Positions 1 through 14,284 of a DNA stretch of 64,000 nucleotides are shown one piece after another. Source of the DNA: Octopus sinensis. Lineage: Eukaryota. Each line of letters starts with the position of its first letter. Position 1 is the stretch's first letter. The position numbers and the translations under genes were made by a program. The notes beneath the pieces were generated by a model that was not told where the DNA came from, searched no databases, and saw only the letters and a list, made by a program, of their open reading frames with translations. Location: the NCBI RefSeq assembly GCF_006345805.1, contig NC_043000.1:50840001-50904000 (forward strand), written 5' to 3'.

Positions 1-2600
1 TCCATTTTTTTTTAATACAGTAAAGTGGTTTGGCTGCTATTTCTAGCAGCTGAGGCAACCGTGTAAAAGTTTTGTCATGAAATTTCAGTGTTGTTGGGAA
101 GTAGAAGTTGACAAGCATTAGGTGGTATTTTAGTTTATGGTAAGAATGGTATGTGAAAAAGTTGTTTAATTTGTTTTTATTATCTCATGAAAAGAGAACT
201 CGGTCTTAAATATAACAGAGTATTAATTGTTGAAGTTGTATAACATATCTTTAGCAATAACACCCCAAATACAAATTTTAACACCAGCTTTGTTATACTG
301 GTTGTGAGAAAACATTTTTTTTTTTTTTGCAATAGGAACTGGGTAACTCCTATTGAACATTCTTCTGAAACAGTGCAATTTTGTGCTGATGAAAGAAATC
401 ATTACTGAAGCACCAAGTAACCAAAGAAATTGTTGACTTTATATTTATGACCGTGTTTATGTATATGTACTGATATGCATCTTATATTAATTACATGTCT
501 GTATATTTGTTCATTAGTTTAATGTCTGTTTCTTCGTGCTAGCATAGATTTGGATGGAGGCTTATTCAAGGCAGGATTTTTATGGCTGGCTGAATAAGTA
601 TTGAGTCAAGACTGTATTAATCCATCCATCCAAACTATACTAACTATAGCCCTACATATACCTATGTCATGTGAATGAAAATGGGTAGACAAAATCTTAC
701 TGATAGATGAACTGTGCCTGTTATTCGAAAGCTTAGCTTGAATATTATGCTAAAGGTTTCTATGGAATTTGTAGTTTCCATATGACCAAAATTCTTGCAG
801 CTGTATGCTGCAAAAAGGGATGTGGAATAGATTGTTTTAGCAATGATATTTTTTAATATGGATTAAGGTACTTAGTACTTAGTAAAATGTTTTATCTGTA
901 GATTTTCTCATTTGACCCCCTCTTTTGATCATGGAAGTTTTTTGGTCATTAAATATTAATGTGAAACATCAGCTATTTCAAAGATTAAAAAAAAAAAGAA
1001 TTCTAGTTACTTGAGAATATTTTATACAAATACTGCTCTCTTTTTCTTCTTATAGTTGCACTTCATTTATGAGTACAAGTCTTTGGTGCAACAGTCATGT
1101 TCTTCAAGTTGTCAGCCTATTACCTGTTTATTCACAAATGTTAGTTATATTTCCTATAGAATACAGACCATCACTACAGAATGCAGACTAAAATCTTTCT
1201 TGTTAGTAACTAAATTGTGGATAGTTGGCTTAGATACAAGAACTTAAACATGTGTCCAAGATTCAATTTGAACTAAAAGCAAATTTGTCTGTTTATACAA
1301 AAAACATTTTTTCCCATCAAAATTTCCTTCAAAAAATTAGCAACAGCTTTCAGAGTAGAAGAAGAAAAGATCAAATAAAGAAAGGCTTCTGTGATTTAAA
1401 CACTTTTTAATAAATGCAAAACAAAAAGAAAGTAAAATAAGAAAGAAAATGATGCATTATTCATTGTTGTAATCATAAACTGTTTTAGCTTTGCATTTGT
1501 CAGAGTGCTAAGGTGAAGCAAGAAACAAAAATCAACGAATACTCAAGTAAACTGAACAAAATGAAATGCTTTGAAAAAAAAAAAATAATCATGAATTTCA
1601 GTTGTTGAAAGAAAATGCAAGTAATATCTTGTAAAAGAAGAAACAAAGTAAAACAGTAACAACTTGTCAAATTAATCTAGCATAGAACTGACACCTGACA
1701 AATAATAATGCACCTAAGATGTTTTTTGTGAATTCTTGAGTGCTGTTTAGGGTACAGTAACTGTATACAGGTCACCTGCCTCTGATCTAAGAATAATTTT
1801 CCTAATCGATCTTTGTCAATATTACTTTGCATTTTACATATGAAATTTAATAACATAGCTTATGTTTCTGGAGTATACATCAGTAAATATTTTCAATTTA
1901 TTGTTTCTATTTCAACACTTATATTTTCCTGATCTGTTTAGAATATTCATAAATGCGCAGACAAAATAGATATTGTCATCATTATACACTTGCTTTCTCA
2001 AACTGATGCCAACATAAAGACTTTTGCATGTTCAATTTTTTAATTTAAAAAAAATTTCATCTAGTTTCAGCTCACGAGCTGTGGCCATGTATTATTTAGG
2101 TACATTGTTTTAGTTTTTATATTGTCATTATTTTGGACTATTATTTTCCTATTCAGGAAGTTGGACTTACCAAACTTACAAGCCCTGTAATTATGTCTAT
2201 TGGGGAATATATGTAGGTGAACTCAGTTCTATGTCTTGCCAGAAAGATACACAAACTGCTTTTCCCACAATTGTTTGGGTACACCTCTTTGCCTTGATTT
2301 TTCTGTTTCTCAGCTATCAATACTCTCTATGTATGCCTCTACTGTGGTAACTGTATGATGGGCATCTGTGTCCCATTATCAAAACCTTATATATTTGGAT
2401 TAAGAAAACAAAATTCTATTTACAATACAAGGGTGGGTGAAGAAGTTCATAGGCTGACAATGAAGGTGCTATGCTTGAACTATGAAATCTTGCATGCATT
2501 AATTTCCTACTTTTCTTGCGACTGCATTAATTCATTCCATGTTAAATGACATCTGTTCAAAGAAGACTTCAAAAGCAACTTGTAGCAACTTCTTTTTAAA

Positions 2601-2975
2601 ATGGGAAAAATTTGGTATTGTGGTGCTATGAAGTACCCTCAGAAAAAGAGTTTAGCCCCTAAGGACATTCATGCTGACATGCTTGCTACATTAAAGGATG
2701 ATTCTAGCTTCATCAGCAGTGCAAAAGTTAGCAGCTGAATTTAGGAAGGGAAGGGAGAGTCTTGAAGATGACCCAAAGTCTGAACATCCTGTAACTGCCA
2801 TCATTGCAGAAAACATTGATTGTGTGCACTACATGGTCATGGGTGACAAGCAACTGACTATAAATCAAAAGCCACATACTATTAGCATATGCTGTGAAAG
2901 AGTTGTAAATATTCTGTCCAATGAACTTGGCATGATGAATGTTTCTGCTTGGTGGGTGCCATATCTTGTGACACC
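2601..2975 (+). mobile_element. Degenerate mariner transposase, N-terminal half
   Basis: Frameshifted translation MGKIWYCGAMKYPQKKSLAPKDIHADMLATL...AVQKLAAEFRKGRESLEDDPKSEHP...ENIDCVHYMV...ELGMMNVSAWWVPYLVT matches the mariner HTH region and the WVPxxL motif. Confidence 0.9.
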
Positions 2976-3419
2976 TACTCTTTTTAAGGAACTTCCTGCT
3001 TATGACAGGAAAGTTATATAAACATACTTTAGTTCTTGAGTATATTCTGCAGGCTACATATGGATATGACCATCTTCAGTAGTTAGATTCTTTTGTCTAC
3101 TTTAAGAATTTACATTTGGCATAGTCTTGAGCACATTTTAACTGTTTGTACCATCCTACTTTAATATTGGAAATTTGTTGATAGAAATACTTCAGTCTGG
3201 CAAGTTATTTATGATCATCAAGAGGAGCTATTAACCACAGTCCTCTCCTTTCTGGTGGATTGAAAGAGATCCATTTATGAAGTTTTCCACTCATGTTCTG
3301 TAGTATTGTAACTTCACATAGTAATATCGTTGGCTGATATGATTCTGTACTTTTGAGATGTCTAGGAAAATATTGTCAACATCTAAATTAGCATCCCAAC
3401 AGATTTCTGAATGATATGA

Positions 3420-3700
3420 TATCAAGGATAATGTTAAACAATGAATAAACAAGAGAAGTGGCTGAATCACAGGAATGCTAATGCAGAAGATAAACTTCAT
3501 CTGCAGCTGATGCACAGGAGCACTAAGAATACATATGAAATATATTCTCTCAAATGCCCAATCTCTAGAAATAGTTGAGAATTTTTGTTACCTAGAAGAC
3601 TGAATTAGCATTTCAGGTGAGTGTTCTTAAAGTAGAGTTTAGCATCCTGAATAAGAATCGGTTGGGAAAAGCTCAGAGATTTATTACCTCAGCTGACAGC
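3420..3700 (+). mobile_element. RTE-clade LINE fragment (late RT region)
   Basis: Broken frame gives KINFIC..CTGAL..., SLEIVENFCYL.D and RIGWEKLRDLLPQL, resembling the RTE 'LEVVDSFCYLGD...RIRIGW.KFRELLPLL' segment. Confidence 0.7.
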
Positions 3701-6700
3701 GAAATGCTTCGCATTAAGTGCAATGCTTCAGGCACTTCCTCCATTTCTCTATTCTTTTCCAAACTGTCACCCAGTCACTCTGTCTATCCCAACATGTTCT
3801 TACTTCTTTCTTCCTCTCACCTTCCTACATGGTCTGCAATCGCCCTCTCTTGTATTCTTTCTGATGGTCAACACAAAGTAGTATAGACATTTTTTTTGTT
3901 GTTATGGTGTAACAGCTAACATCATTAATGTGGTCCAATGTTAAGAATGTACCCATTAAACTATGTGAAGTGGAAACTATTGAATCATGAGGCCCTTTTA
4001 AACATGTCTTGTTGAGGGCACGATAACTTCTCTAGTTCCGGTGTCATGCTAAACTGTATCCAGCACGTTCCATAAAAAAGTAGGTGTTAGGAAAAACCAC
4101 CCAGCCATAGAAGTCATGCCAAGCATAAAAGGTGGTCCTCTAATTTATCTAAGAGAGCAGTAACTCTGAATAAGTGATTCAGACCATGATGGCCCATGGA
4201 AATGGAAAATGGACAAAAAGTGATGATAATTTGCACTCAATGCAGTTTTCATGTTTGATGTTGTATTGGCTATCAGTTATTAAAGGAACGGGAAGATGAA
4301 TACTTAATGCTGTTGCAATGGATTCTGAGTTGCATTATTTTTTTTTTAGATAATACACATGATGGATATTGATCTGAGTTCTCTATTTGGTTTTGTACAA
4401 TTTTCCATGTTTAAATACTGGACAAAATCAATACCTGTTTTCAGTCCTTAAGAATGCATGAGCAGTATGATAATTCCAGCAAGATTAATGTCAGAACAAG
4501 GATAGCCCGGTTGCTAGTTCCTTTAGAATTTGAGCAGACATGTCGGATCTGTTAGTATTATGGGGTTTCAGATTCTGAAGCAGATTTTAGATGCAGGTAT
4601 ATGGTAATGAGAAAATATTTCATGTAACGCTTAGAATTCCTTCACAATCTTCAGCAAAATACTCTTGTAAAACTATAATAATCTTTTATAATTTATTCTA
4701 TTATATATCTTTTTTTCAATTTTTAGAATTGATTTTAATGCATAAAGAAATAATTAAACAATTATTCTTGCTCTTAGCAGATTCAAAATCACTGAGATTA
4801 AATGCCTTGAGAAGCAACTGCCTTGCTTTCTTTCTTTGTACTGGCTTTCTCTAATTGATATATTATTGTTTAAAAATTCATTAACAAGTTTTCATGTCCC
4901 AAAATTCATTTGAAGTCAAGTCACTGCATTATATTTGTTACTGTTAATATGTTAGATGAAGGGCTACTGAGGCTTCATGGGATTGAGAATATAACTGATT
5001 AAACTGCATATTTATTTCTGAGAGCTCTCATGTATCTAATTTTAATTACTGAGGAGTTTATAAATAGTCTTCTGATAATTATCCATTGGCTGAAAATACT
5101 ATCAATGTTTGTGTATTGTTGAACTTGCAATTAATTACTTTTGAGAATAAAAACAAGCAAACTGTTTTAAGGCAGCTCTTTTTAAAAGTATGTTTTTCCA
5201 AATAATCCAATGAGTAGGTTGAGGAAAATAGAATATTATCAATAATTCTTAGGAAGTCATAATATGATGAGGTTATTTGTCTACAAGAAGACTATGATGC
5301 AATTTTCTGTAGCCTTATAATATATTAACCTAGATTTTCTTATATTGGTAATTTGTTAAATTGCTTGCTATTTAAGTGTTTTACTGAGAGAGAGTTGTGT
5401 TCATGATAATTTTGATAAAGAAAAAGATATATAATTTAATCGGCATCTGCAGTAGTTTTAAACATTGTTTTTTTTTCATACTTGCTTGCATTGAATGTGT
5501 CTGTTATACTCTATTCGCCCATGCAACTTTATACAGAGCAGTATTTTTATGGGATTCTATCTGGGATTTCTATTTTGGTATGTCTGTTCTATTGCCAATT
5601 GTCATGTTAACATGGGCTATGTATGCTGAGTGGAACACTGAGAAAAGATAAATCATCACATTCATGAAGCTTTCTCTACTCAGTAAGGATTTTTACTGTT
5701 ATAAACAAGAGAAACATAGCCTAGATTTGTTTATTGTGACATCATCTTTGTAAACTTAGTTTTTGTTAATATTGGTTTTATTCTGGAGGAATATACAAAT
5801 ACTATAAAAGGGAAATGTTCCCTAAAATATTGTTATGGTCTGGTTACATAATTTTTAGTGGACTTTTAAAGCCAAAGGGTGTGTCTTGTTTTGGATAGTA
5901 TATCTAGAACTACTTCATCCAACACATCTTGTTTTGTTAATGATAGCATAGAAGGATTTAATTTGAGGGATATTTGGCCACTATTTCTTGCATTTAAGGT
6001 AATGACAAAGAAATTTACTCATGTTTGTGGCAGCAGAAGTCACTTATGGATAAAGGATAATACAGTTTCTGAATCTAGCTAACTGTTTCACTAGACAAGG
6101 ATTAATACTCAATATTCATTAATTAAAATTATATTCCTTTCATTTTCTTGTTTTTACTAGAAAATATTGACTATTATATAGATGAAACTACTAATGGATA
6201 TATGGCTAATGCATAATTAGTGAAATATTGACTGATATTTTGGTAATTATTGACTGAAATGTAAATTACATGTTGATATCACATACTTGCAGTAGACAGT
6301 AATATTTAGAAATTTGATTGATATTACCTTGTGCCGAAGAAAAAAAATGTTAATTTTTATAACAAATATAGCTAAAGGCTTCAAAACAAGGCACAGAAAT
6401 TATGCATGATCAAAGCATAGTGCCAGACACATTGAACTACATTAATTAGTTTCCTTCCTCTATACTTTATGTTCAAATCCTGTTAATAAAATAAGTACTA
6501 ATCATTTCATATACTACTCGATTTCTGAAACATTTATAACCTTGGCCCAATGTGAAAAATCAATACAGCTATATACATAAGATATATCATAACTCACTTT
6601 CTTGAGAAACTTTGCATGTTTTGAAAGCTGCAATCACATAATAACATTTCTGCATGTTACTTTAGTTTCTTCCGCTCTTGTTTATAATTTTTCTTATGAT

Positions 6701-7399
6701 GTATAAGAATGATTTTGGAAATAGCAGTAAGAAATGGCTTTGAAATTTGTTTGTCTAATGCAATTTTTAAATTGATACTATTGGTTATAAATCAAAAGCA
6801 CATATCTTATAGTTAGACATAAAGGATCGTATACTCCTAATGACTGTTATTATTTGGAAGCTCTGTTTCAATTAGTGTAATAAATGTTAGCCATCATGTA
6901 CTTTATAATGTTTCAGAACATGAAAAGAAAAAGTTTCCGATATAATGAATCTAAAATATGGTTGGTTGATTACTGTGATTTTTGAAGTTATCTTTTACAT
7001 TTACCATCTCATATTCTGTACAAAATTTTCTAGCATAGCTGTGCTAATTATGGTAGCTTCCACCTGTTATTTCTTGTTCATTTTCAAAGTTGCTGGAATA
7101 ATATAAATTAGAATGCTTTTAAAATGAAACAAAGTAGGAGATATAAGATAATGAAACGAAGCAATTTACAAAGTATTAATTTATAATTTTGTCATTAGTA
7201 TAAATATGATAGCCTCGGGTATTCATGCACTTCTTAGAGGGTTTATTTGTGTCTAAAAGGAATTCTCCATGACTGTTCTGATTCAACCTAAATATTTATA
7301 AAGCAGCATGGCCTTCACGTAATATAAGAAACGAATATTATCAAGTTCCAGTTGTTTTATGACATTGAACAGATTAAAATAGATATATTCTATTGTAAT

Positions 7400-7620
7400 A
7401 TATTGGTTTCAAATATTGGCACAAGACCAGCAACTTTGGCAGGAGGGCCTAAGTTGATTACATTGACCTCAGTGCTCAACTGATACTTATTTTATTGACC
7501 CCAAAAAAGATGAAATACAAATTTGACCCTGGCAGCATTTGAACTCAGAACATAAAATTTGAAGAAATACTGCTAAGCATTTTGCCCAGCATGGTAACAA
7601 TTCTGCTAGCTTGCTGCTTT
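7400..7620 (-). mobile_element. tRNA-derived SINE (same family as 28119)
   Basis: Reverse complement begins aaagcagcaagctagcagaatt...gttctgagttcaaatgctgcc; collinear with the copy at 28119. Confidence 0.75.
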
Positions 7621-10600
7621 ATTTTATTGAACAGTATTAGCTACCTTTTATTTGTCACTTTTTCTTCTCTTCCTTTCTGTTTTCCCTCTTCCTTTCTTCC
7701 TTTCTTCTGATACACATTTCCTGAAAGTTTCAAAGCCACAAGAAACACATCTGATCTTTCAGCTGTGATGATACTTACTTCTGTTAATATAGTTTTTTAC
7801 AATATATAATGAGTTTTTTTCTATATCTGTTTCTATATCTATCTGTATGTGTATGTGTGTTAGAAAGTATAGGAGAGGTCATTATCTATCTGATGTTTTT
7901 TAATGAAATTACTGTTTGGTAGTTATTTATTCAAAATAGCTATATTTACCTTTTCACTTTACAATTCGTCCTTTACTGCATTACTTTTTTTTTTGAGGAT
8001 GAAAACATTGCTCTGGTAATAACAATCAAACAAAAATTTAGGTCTTGTTCTTGTTGTTACTAATACATGAAACACTACTATTAGCTGGCAATAAAAAATG
8101 TTACAATGATGTTATTTTCCTGTTAGAATGAATACGAATTCTAATAGGGAAACTATGCAAATTGCAAATTATGCAAATTGTTTTTGAGCTGCCAAATGTT
8201 ACGATTTAACATGAAACTGGTATCTGTTTTGTGATAGAGCTTTCACTTACAGATTCTCCTTGTTTAAGAACTTAAGATTTGATTGCTGTTATATGATTTG
8301 ATTGCTGTGGTTTAAATTTGAAATCAGAGACCAGATTGACAGGCAATAACGTTTTTTTTTTTTTGGTTTCTTTGTTTTAAATTATCTATTTGCTTAGCAT
8401 TTATAAAGTGCAAGTTTTTAAATAAAACAAGTTCTTTTATAACAAGGAAATTGTTATGACATTAAGGATGGTAGTCTATACTTTCGGCAGCATAGCTTGG
8501 CAGAGTTTAAGTTATTGTTTCCAAAGCTTACTTTGTATTTCATTCAAGATAAACATTGAAACTTTGAAGTTATATTGACTTATATTTTATTTCTTTGCAT
8601 AGTTTTTGACATTTTTTTTATATTTAAGACAATGTCTAACCATTAAGCAAAATTATCAATGTGATGAGCAGTCTACATTAATGTAATCAATTCTATTTCA
8701 ATGTTTATTAAATTGTGAACAATTATCAGTGAAAAACTAACCAAAATAGGAATGAGTTTATGTGGCTAATTGTAATAAAAAGAAGTTCCATTGAAGTAAT
8801 AAACAGTTGCAATTAATAGAATTTCTATGAAAACTATATAAATCATCTCCATCATGAAAAAGTTGTATTTTTTTTATCCTTGCTGTAAAACTATATACAT
8901 TTGCTTTTATTAGTTCCATGAAATTTTATATTTTATTAAATAGTATTATTTAATGTCTGTTTCCTCTAACTAGACATTTATATTGTTTTCTGGGTCGCCA
9001 TCATACTTTGAAAATGTCTACTGGTTTTATTTTCTTTCCTTTCAGAAATATTCTAAACATTACATTTTTAAGTTCTCTATTATTCTTAAAACATTTTATG
9101 TATTAATGCATATTCTTTTGTTGTTAGGAAGACTAGCTTATTTATGTGCTGTAGAAAGGAATGGATTTTTTTTGTTTTTTTATCGGCATTTTTCAAATAT
9201 AAAACTTAAGATTAAGAGATTTTAATTCTGTTATTACATTTCTGCATTCAGTTTTACTTTCCTAGTAGGGCTCGATGTTTCTTTAAATTCAAGTATTTGT
9301 ATAATACTTGTTAAAAGTCTGGATTTTATTTCTTATACCAACAAATGAGGAAGATTATGATTAAAATATCTATAACTTTTTATTTAGCAGTTTAACACAT
9401 ATAAACAAAGATTCCTAGAAATAAGTATATTTTAGAATTGAAAATATTTATTTGGTTTTGGAAGTAAACTGTATTAACCTTATTAAAAGGAACTTGCTTG
9501 TGATGAACATCAAATAAGAAAGTTTTGTGATTAATCATTGATTTCTTTTCCATATTTGTCTGTGCATCAACAACATTATGAAAACAGAGGAGTGAACATA
9601 TAACTTTTTTATAATAGATGCAATGGATATTAACTAGAAAATATAATTAGCTTAAGACATTAGTGAGTGTTAGCAAAGCTAATACTCAATAAATTCTGAA
9701 GAGATTGTCAGCATAACTTTATTACTGCTATATAAAATGAATCTTACAGCTATTTTGGATACTATTCATTCAGATTCACAAATTAGTTTGACTTTGAAAG
9801 TCCTTTAAATAAGCTTAGTGCATGTAAGGTATCAGAAAAAGTTAGAAAATAACTGGTGTACTTTAATCATTTTATTGATTTGGTTTAAAGGGGTTACACC
9901 CTTTGTTTTGGCAATCCCTCCAAAACTGAAGATATAGTTATAATTCTTGAATAGTTGCAAAGTCCCTGGATGTAGACTGAGACCCAGGTATGGAGGAGGG
10001 TGGGGTGGGGGTTTCAGAGAGCCAAGGCAGAACTGAGCATAGCAGTTAGTGTAAAGTAGTGCTTTCAATGTGGATAATGAGAGAGACAAGTAAATCACAT
10101 TGCTTGCAAAGTGGTGACATCAGCCAGCATAAAAAATCAGAGATCATTTTAGTAGCAGCTAAAAAGGAAGAGAGTGAGGTAGAAAAGACAGCATATCTGT
10201 ACATCAGAGGCTGAAATGTGTAGGCAAATGGCTGTATTCCTGTCAGTCTGCTCATCTTTATTTAGATACAGTCTAGAGTCTTTGTATGTGTAATACCTGC
10301 ATCATTCCAAATATAAAAACAGTACTTCTTCGTAAGTCTCATTTGTGGAAAGTTGAAATAATTTTTGGCCCTAAAACATAGTCAGTCATTAGTGTGATGA
10401 AACTGTGTATTTACTAAGAGAGATCTTATGTGCTTTTGTAGCAAATTTTAGAATTGTAATTTTACCTTTGTGTATAGTGAAAAATTTATAGGTCAATATA
10501 ATGATTTACTTGAAATTCTCTTACCATTTGGAATTCCAGTTAAATAAAGTTAATCAAAATTTGGGAATATTCCTTTCAGATAAGAAAAAAATTGTGAAAT

Positions 10601-11044
10601 TGTGATAATTCGTGATATTGATTCAACTCTACCTTGAGCTGGAAAATTTTCCAGATCATTAGAATTTAATAAGTATGATGAAATAATTTAAACACCACAG
10701 TACAGATCTTTGACACTAGAATTGGCTAGACATAAATGTGATATCCAGTCTTGTATATTTGTATTATGAGTAGGGAATCCAACTCACACTGACAAACAGT
10801 GATCAGTTGTATTTATAAAAGTTCATATATATATATATCTAGTATATTTAAAGAGAGCTCATTCTAGTTGAGGGTGAGAGAACTTCTTATCTATTCATGA
10901 TCAGTAGAAAGTTGAGACATCAAACTTTTAGGATTTTGAAACAATTTCACCTAACCAGTGCCCAAAAAGCATTAGCTTTGAATACTTTCAAGACCAAGTT
11001 TGATAGAATTGTAATTCTGCATAGTGAGTTTACAAATTTGTTGT

Positions 11045-11364
11045 GAGCCTGTGTGTCCTTTTTTTTGTTGTTGTTTGTTCCTTCTTGAGCCATGTCGGTA
11101 TCATAAGGGCCGGTATCCTTGGCATAAAGGTTCCCCACCTAGATGGGACGCTGGTCTGTTACAGGTGAGCTGCAAGGTGCAAGAGGAAAGAGTGAGAGAA
11201 AGTTGTGGTGAAAGATTCAGCAGAACTTCGTCATTACCTTCTCCCGGAGCCACATGGAGCCCCAGTGTTTCACTCATAAACATACACATCGCCCTGTCTG
11301 AAATTTGAACCTGCAATCCCTCGACTACGAATCTGCTACTCTAACCACTAGGCCATGTACCTCC
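11045..11364 (-). mobile_element. tRNA-derived SINE (same family as 34227)
   Basis: Reverse-complement head ggaggtacatggcctagtggttagagtagcag...caggttcaaatt has A and B boxes; it shares the core aaagagtgagagaaagttgtgg with the 34227 copy. Confidence 0.8.
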
Positions 11365-11527
11365 CCTATTTTTTGTAGGATAAATGAATTTAGTTGTCTT
11401 TTCCAATGAAAGAAGTGATAGCCAACATACTTATACCTTATACATAATACTGTTTGGCTTTGAACCAGAATCCATAATTAAAGTTAGAACAAATTTATAT
11501 ATTCATTTTTTTACATTACTTTGTCAG

Positions 11528-11662
11528 AGGAGGAAGAACAGTACTTCTGACCTCTTCAGAACCTTCAAGACTGATAGGAAGAAGGAAGAAAGGATTTATC
11601 CTCATACTCGTGTCCTGGTCCGAATACCTGCAATGACATATACTCCAATGAAGGCATCCTAA
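11528..11662 (+). other. Candidate terminal coding exon (unidentified protein)
   Basis: Acceptor ttttttacattactttgtcag, then a purine/GC-richer open frame RRKNSTSDLFRTFKTDRKKEERIYPHTRVLVRIPAMTYTPMKAS*; AATAAA about 65 nt downstream. No homology recognised. Confidence 0.25.
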
Positions 11663-12671
11663 GAGCCAACAGTTGATGTTAAACATTAGTGTATTCTGTT
11701 TATTTATCTAAAGAGTCATCTTTAAAAAATAAAAAATAGTTTCTTTTTTATTTTTAAAAATACAATAACCTGAATAGAATTAGTGAATTTAAAAAAGAAA
11801 TTAAAACTGAACAATTTATTCGAAATATATTTGGAAGTAAAATCAAATTCTTTTTAGAAACATTTTTGAAATATTCACCTTTTTTACATTTTTTAAGCTA
11901 TTATTTGTTTTTTTTTCATTTTTTTTCTTTTTATCTGAAATGAATAAAAAAATCTGTTGAAGCAAAAAGGAGATATATATGGCTTATGTAAAATGGTATC
12001 TGACTAATTCTGACAAAGGACCTAACTTACTTATTGACATCATATAGTTTATACTATATTTAATTTATATTTATAAATTGAAAAATTTGTTTTTGCCAGA
12101 GCAAGTAACCAGCATTATACTTTCATTTTAGATAGGTAGCAGAAAAATACGTCTCTGATTTAATTTATATTTTAAAATAACTATTAGGAAATTTAATTTG
12201 TTAAAAATCAAGAAACAAATTTCCTTTCCAACTCTTATATCATTGTTTTCCAATTCCTATATCATCAATTTATATAATTTTTGCATATTAAGCCATGTAA
12301 CTTATTCAGGAATAGAACATTTAAAATACTTAGGTAAACAAAAAGAAGAAAATCCGAAATTAATCTCGATGGTGTATCTTTAATTTGTATAATTTCAATT
12401 ACTATTGTTTCTTCATCTACAACAATAGTTGTTGAGGGAATCTGATAGTAGTTTAGAGTAATTCGATACTGATCATGTTGTTTAGCCTCAAATTTGCCCT
12501 TATTGACTACACTTATGATCAGAGGCAATCCAACTGTAGTATTCTGTATTTTATGCTGACATTATATGTATAAATGTGTATTTTTTTTAAGATGGAAGGG
12601 TGTAAGTTAAGGAATATTTGGCTGCTACTTATATACATGCATATAAATATATGTGTTTGTGTGTGTATGAA

Positions 12672-12714
<43 letters not shown>

Positions 12715-12723
<9 letters not shown>

Positions 12724-12880
12724 GATAAATATGGCTGGTTTATGAGGTTTCCCAGGGTTTCACATCCGTAAATCTTTGACCAGCAGGTTTAGGGTCTGAA
12801 GAAATGCAGTAAAGCTAAGCGCTTTATGGATGTGAAATCCTGGGTAACCCCATAGTCCAGCCATATCCATCTTTATCTAT
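12715..12880. mobile_element. Foldback/MITE-like element with ~58-bp imperfect inverted arms
   Basis: Left arm atagataaagataaatatggctggtttatgaggtttcccagggtttcacatccgtaaa versus reverse complement of right arm atagataaagatggatatggctggactatggggttacccaggatttcacatccataaa; ~50-nt spacer. Confidence 0.8.
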
Positions 12881-13829
12881 ATACTCTACTGTTCTATAAC
12901 TTAGAATGTGCTTCTTTTTCAAATTTATGATTTACTGATTATATATATATATAAGAGCATAGGCTCGAAATGTAAAAGACTTTTTCAATTCTCGAGCATT
13001 ATACTAATACATCTGTTTGTTTTCTACACCACCTGTCTTCGTCTTTTGTTTTTATGTGAATTCTCCCCCTATATATACATACACACACACACACACACAT
13101 ATATATATGTACACACACATGCATACACATAAATATTGAACCCATTCAATTGTTACTATTTAGTTTCTTACTCTGTATGGAATACAAGTCAATATTTATA
13201 TTACTATCCTCACTGAAACTTTGTTTTATTATTATTTATTTCAGTAATACTTATACCTATCTGTTCACATTTAGTGACAGCTGTCTTAGATTCTGATTTC
13301 CACTTCAATAATTCTGACTAAAATTTGGCTATAAATAGTTTGCATTTGGAAGAAATGCTTTCAATTACTAACTCTGAATATATTTTCCTAATGAATAATT
13401 ATCTAGAAAGAACCCATCCCTTGAGGCACTATGAATATATCAAATCCACAACACAACCTCTAAGATGATTGGCTTCTCAAATACATTGTCATATAGATCA
13501 GTCATATTACTCAGCTTCTTCACACTTATTACCTTACAATTACTCAATGTACTCTCCAGATTATTCTCAAATACTTATCTACTATCTCCATAATAAAAAT
13601 CACATACCAGAAAACCTACACTAAAAGCATAAACTAATTATGAGCATAGAATACCTACAAATAAAATGTGAAATGAATGATTGTTAATTGAATTTAAATT
13701 CAGTATTTGCAAATCTCTCAAAATGCAGACATCATTTTTCTTCTAATGCTATATCTCAAAAATTGTAATCTTAGTCTCAGAAAATTTCGAGAATTTTGGA
13801 AATTTCAGTATATCTTAAATGGTATTTAA

Positions 13830-14040
13830 TCCATTAGCATTCAAACTGGCCATATTCAGCCCACATATTCTGCCTGTTTTATTCTCAAACCATCCAAATC
13901 TGACACCTTCTTTGCAAAGCTATTTTAAAAGTAAACAATCACATCAACAAAATCTTGAAGTTATGAGATAATGCATGATCAAGTTAAAACAATATGAATA
14001 AATAAACACAACATTTGACAGTAATTTCAATACTAATGGG
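13830..14040. mobile_element. piggyBac-type MITE (TTAA target site)
   Basis: TTAA at 13826-13829 and 14041-14044; termini TCCATTAGCA and (reverse complement) CCCATTAGTA; 211 bp. Confidence 0.8.
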
Positions 14041-14284
14041 TTAAAGTCCTTAATTAGATATGTCCAATATTATTCTAATAATGTGAGTGTACATGACCAC
14101 AGAAGGTACTTTCTTGCCAGGTCTCTAAGAAAAATTTGAAACTGACTAAAAATTTAGAAATCGTGATTAGAAGAAATTATGATTATTAAGCAAAAGATAA
14201 CAACTGTCTGGATGCTTTATAATCACCACAGAAAATAGAATAAATCAGAAACTGAAAAATAATTTTTTTAAATCTAGTATAAGT

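Noticed and set aside
1056-6960. Chain of phase-compatible plus-strand exon-like segments (1056, 1504, 2157, 4445/4527, 5527, 6917)
   Set aside because: No recognisable protein, weak donors, and several equally good alternative frames. The 2157 segment resembles a Tc1 'P.DY..WG' remnant.
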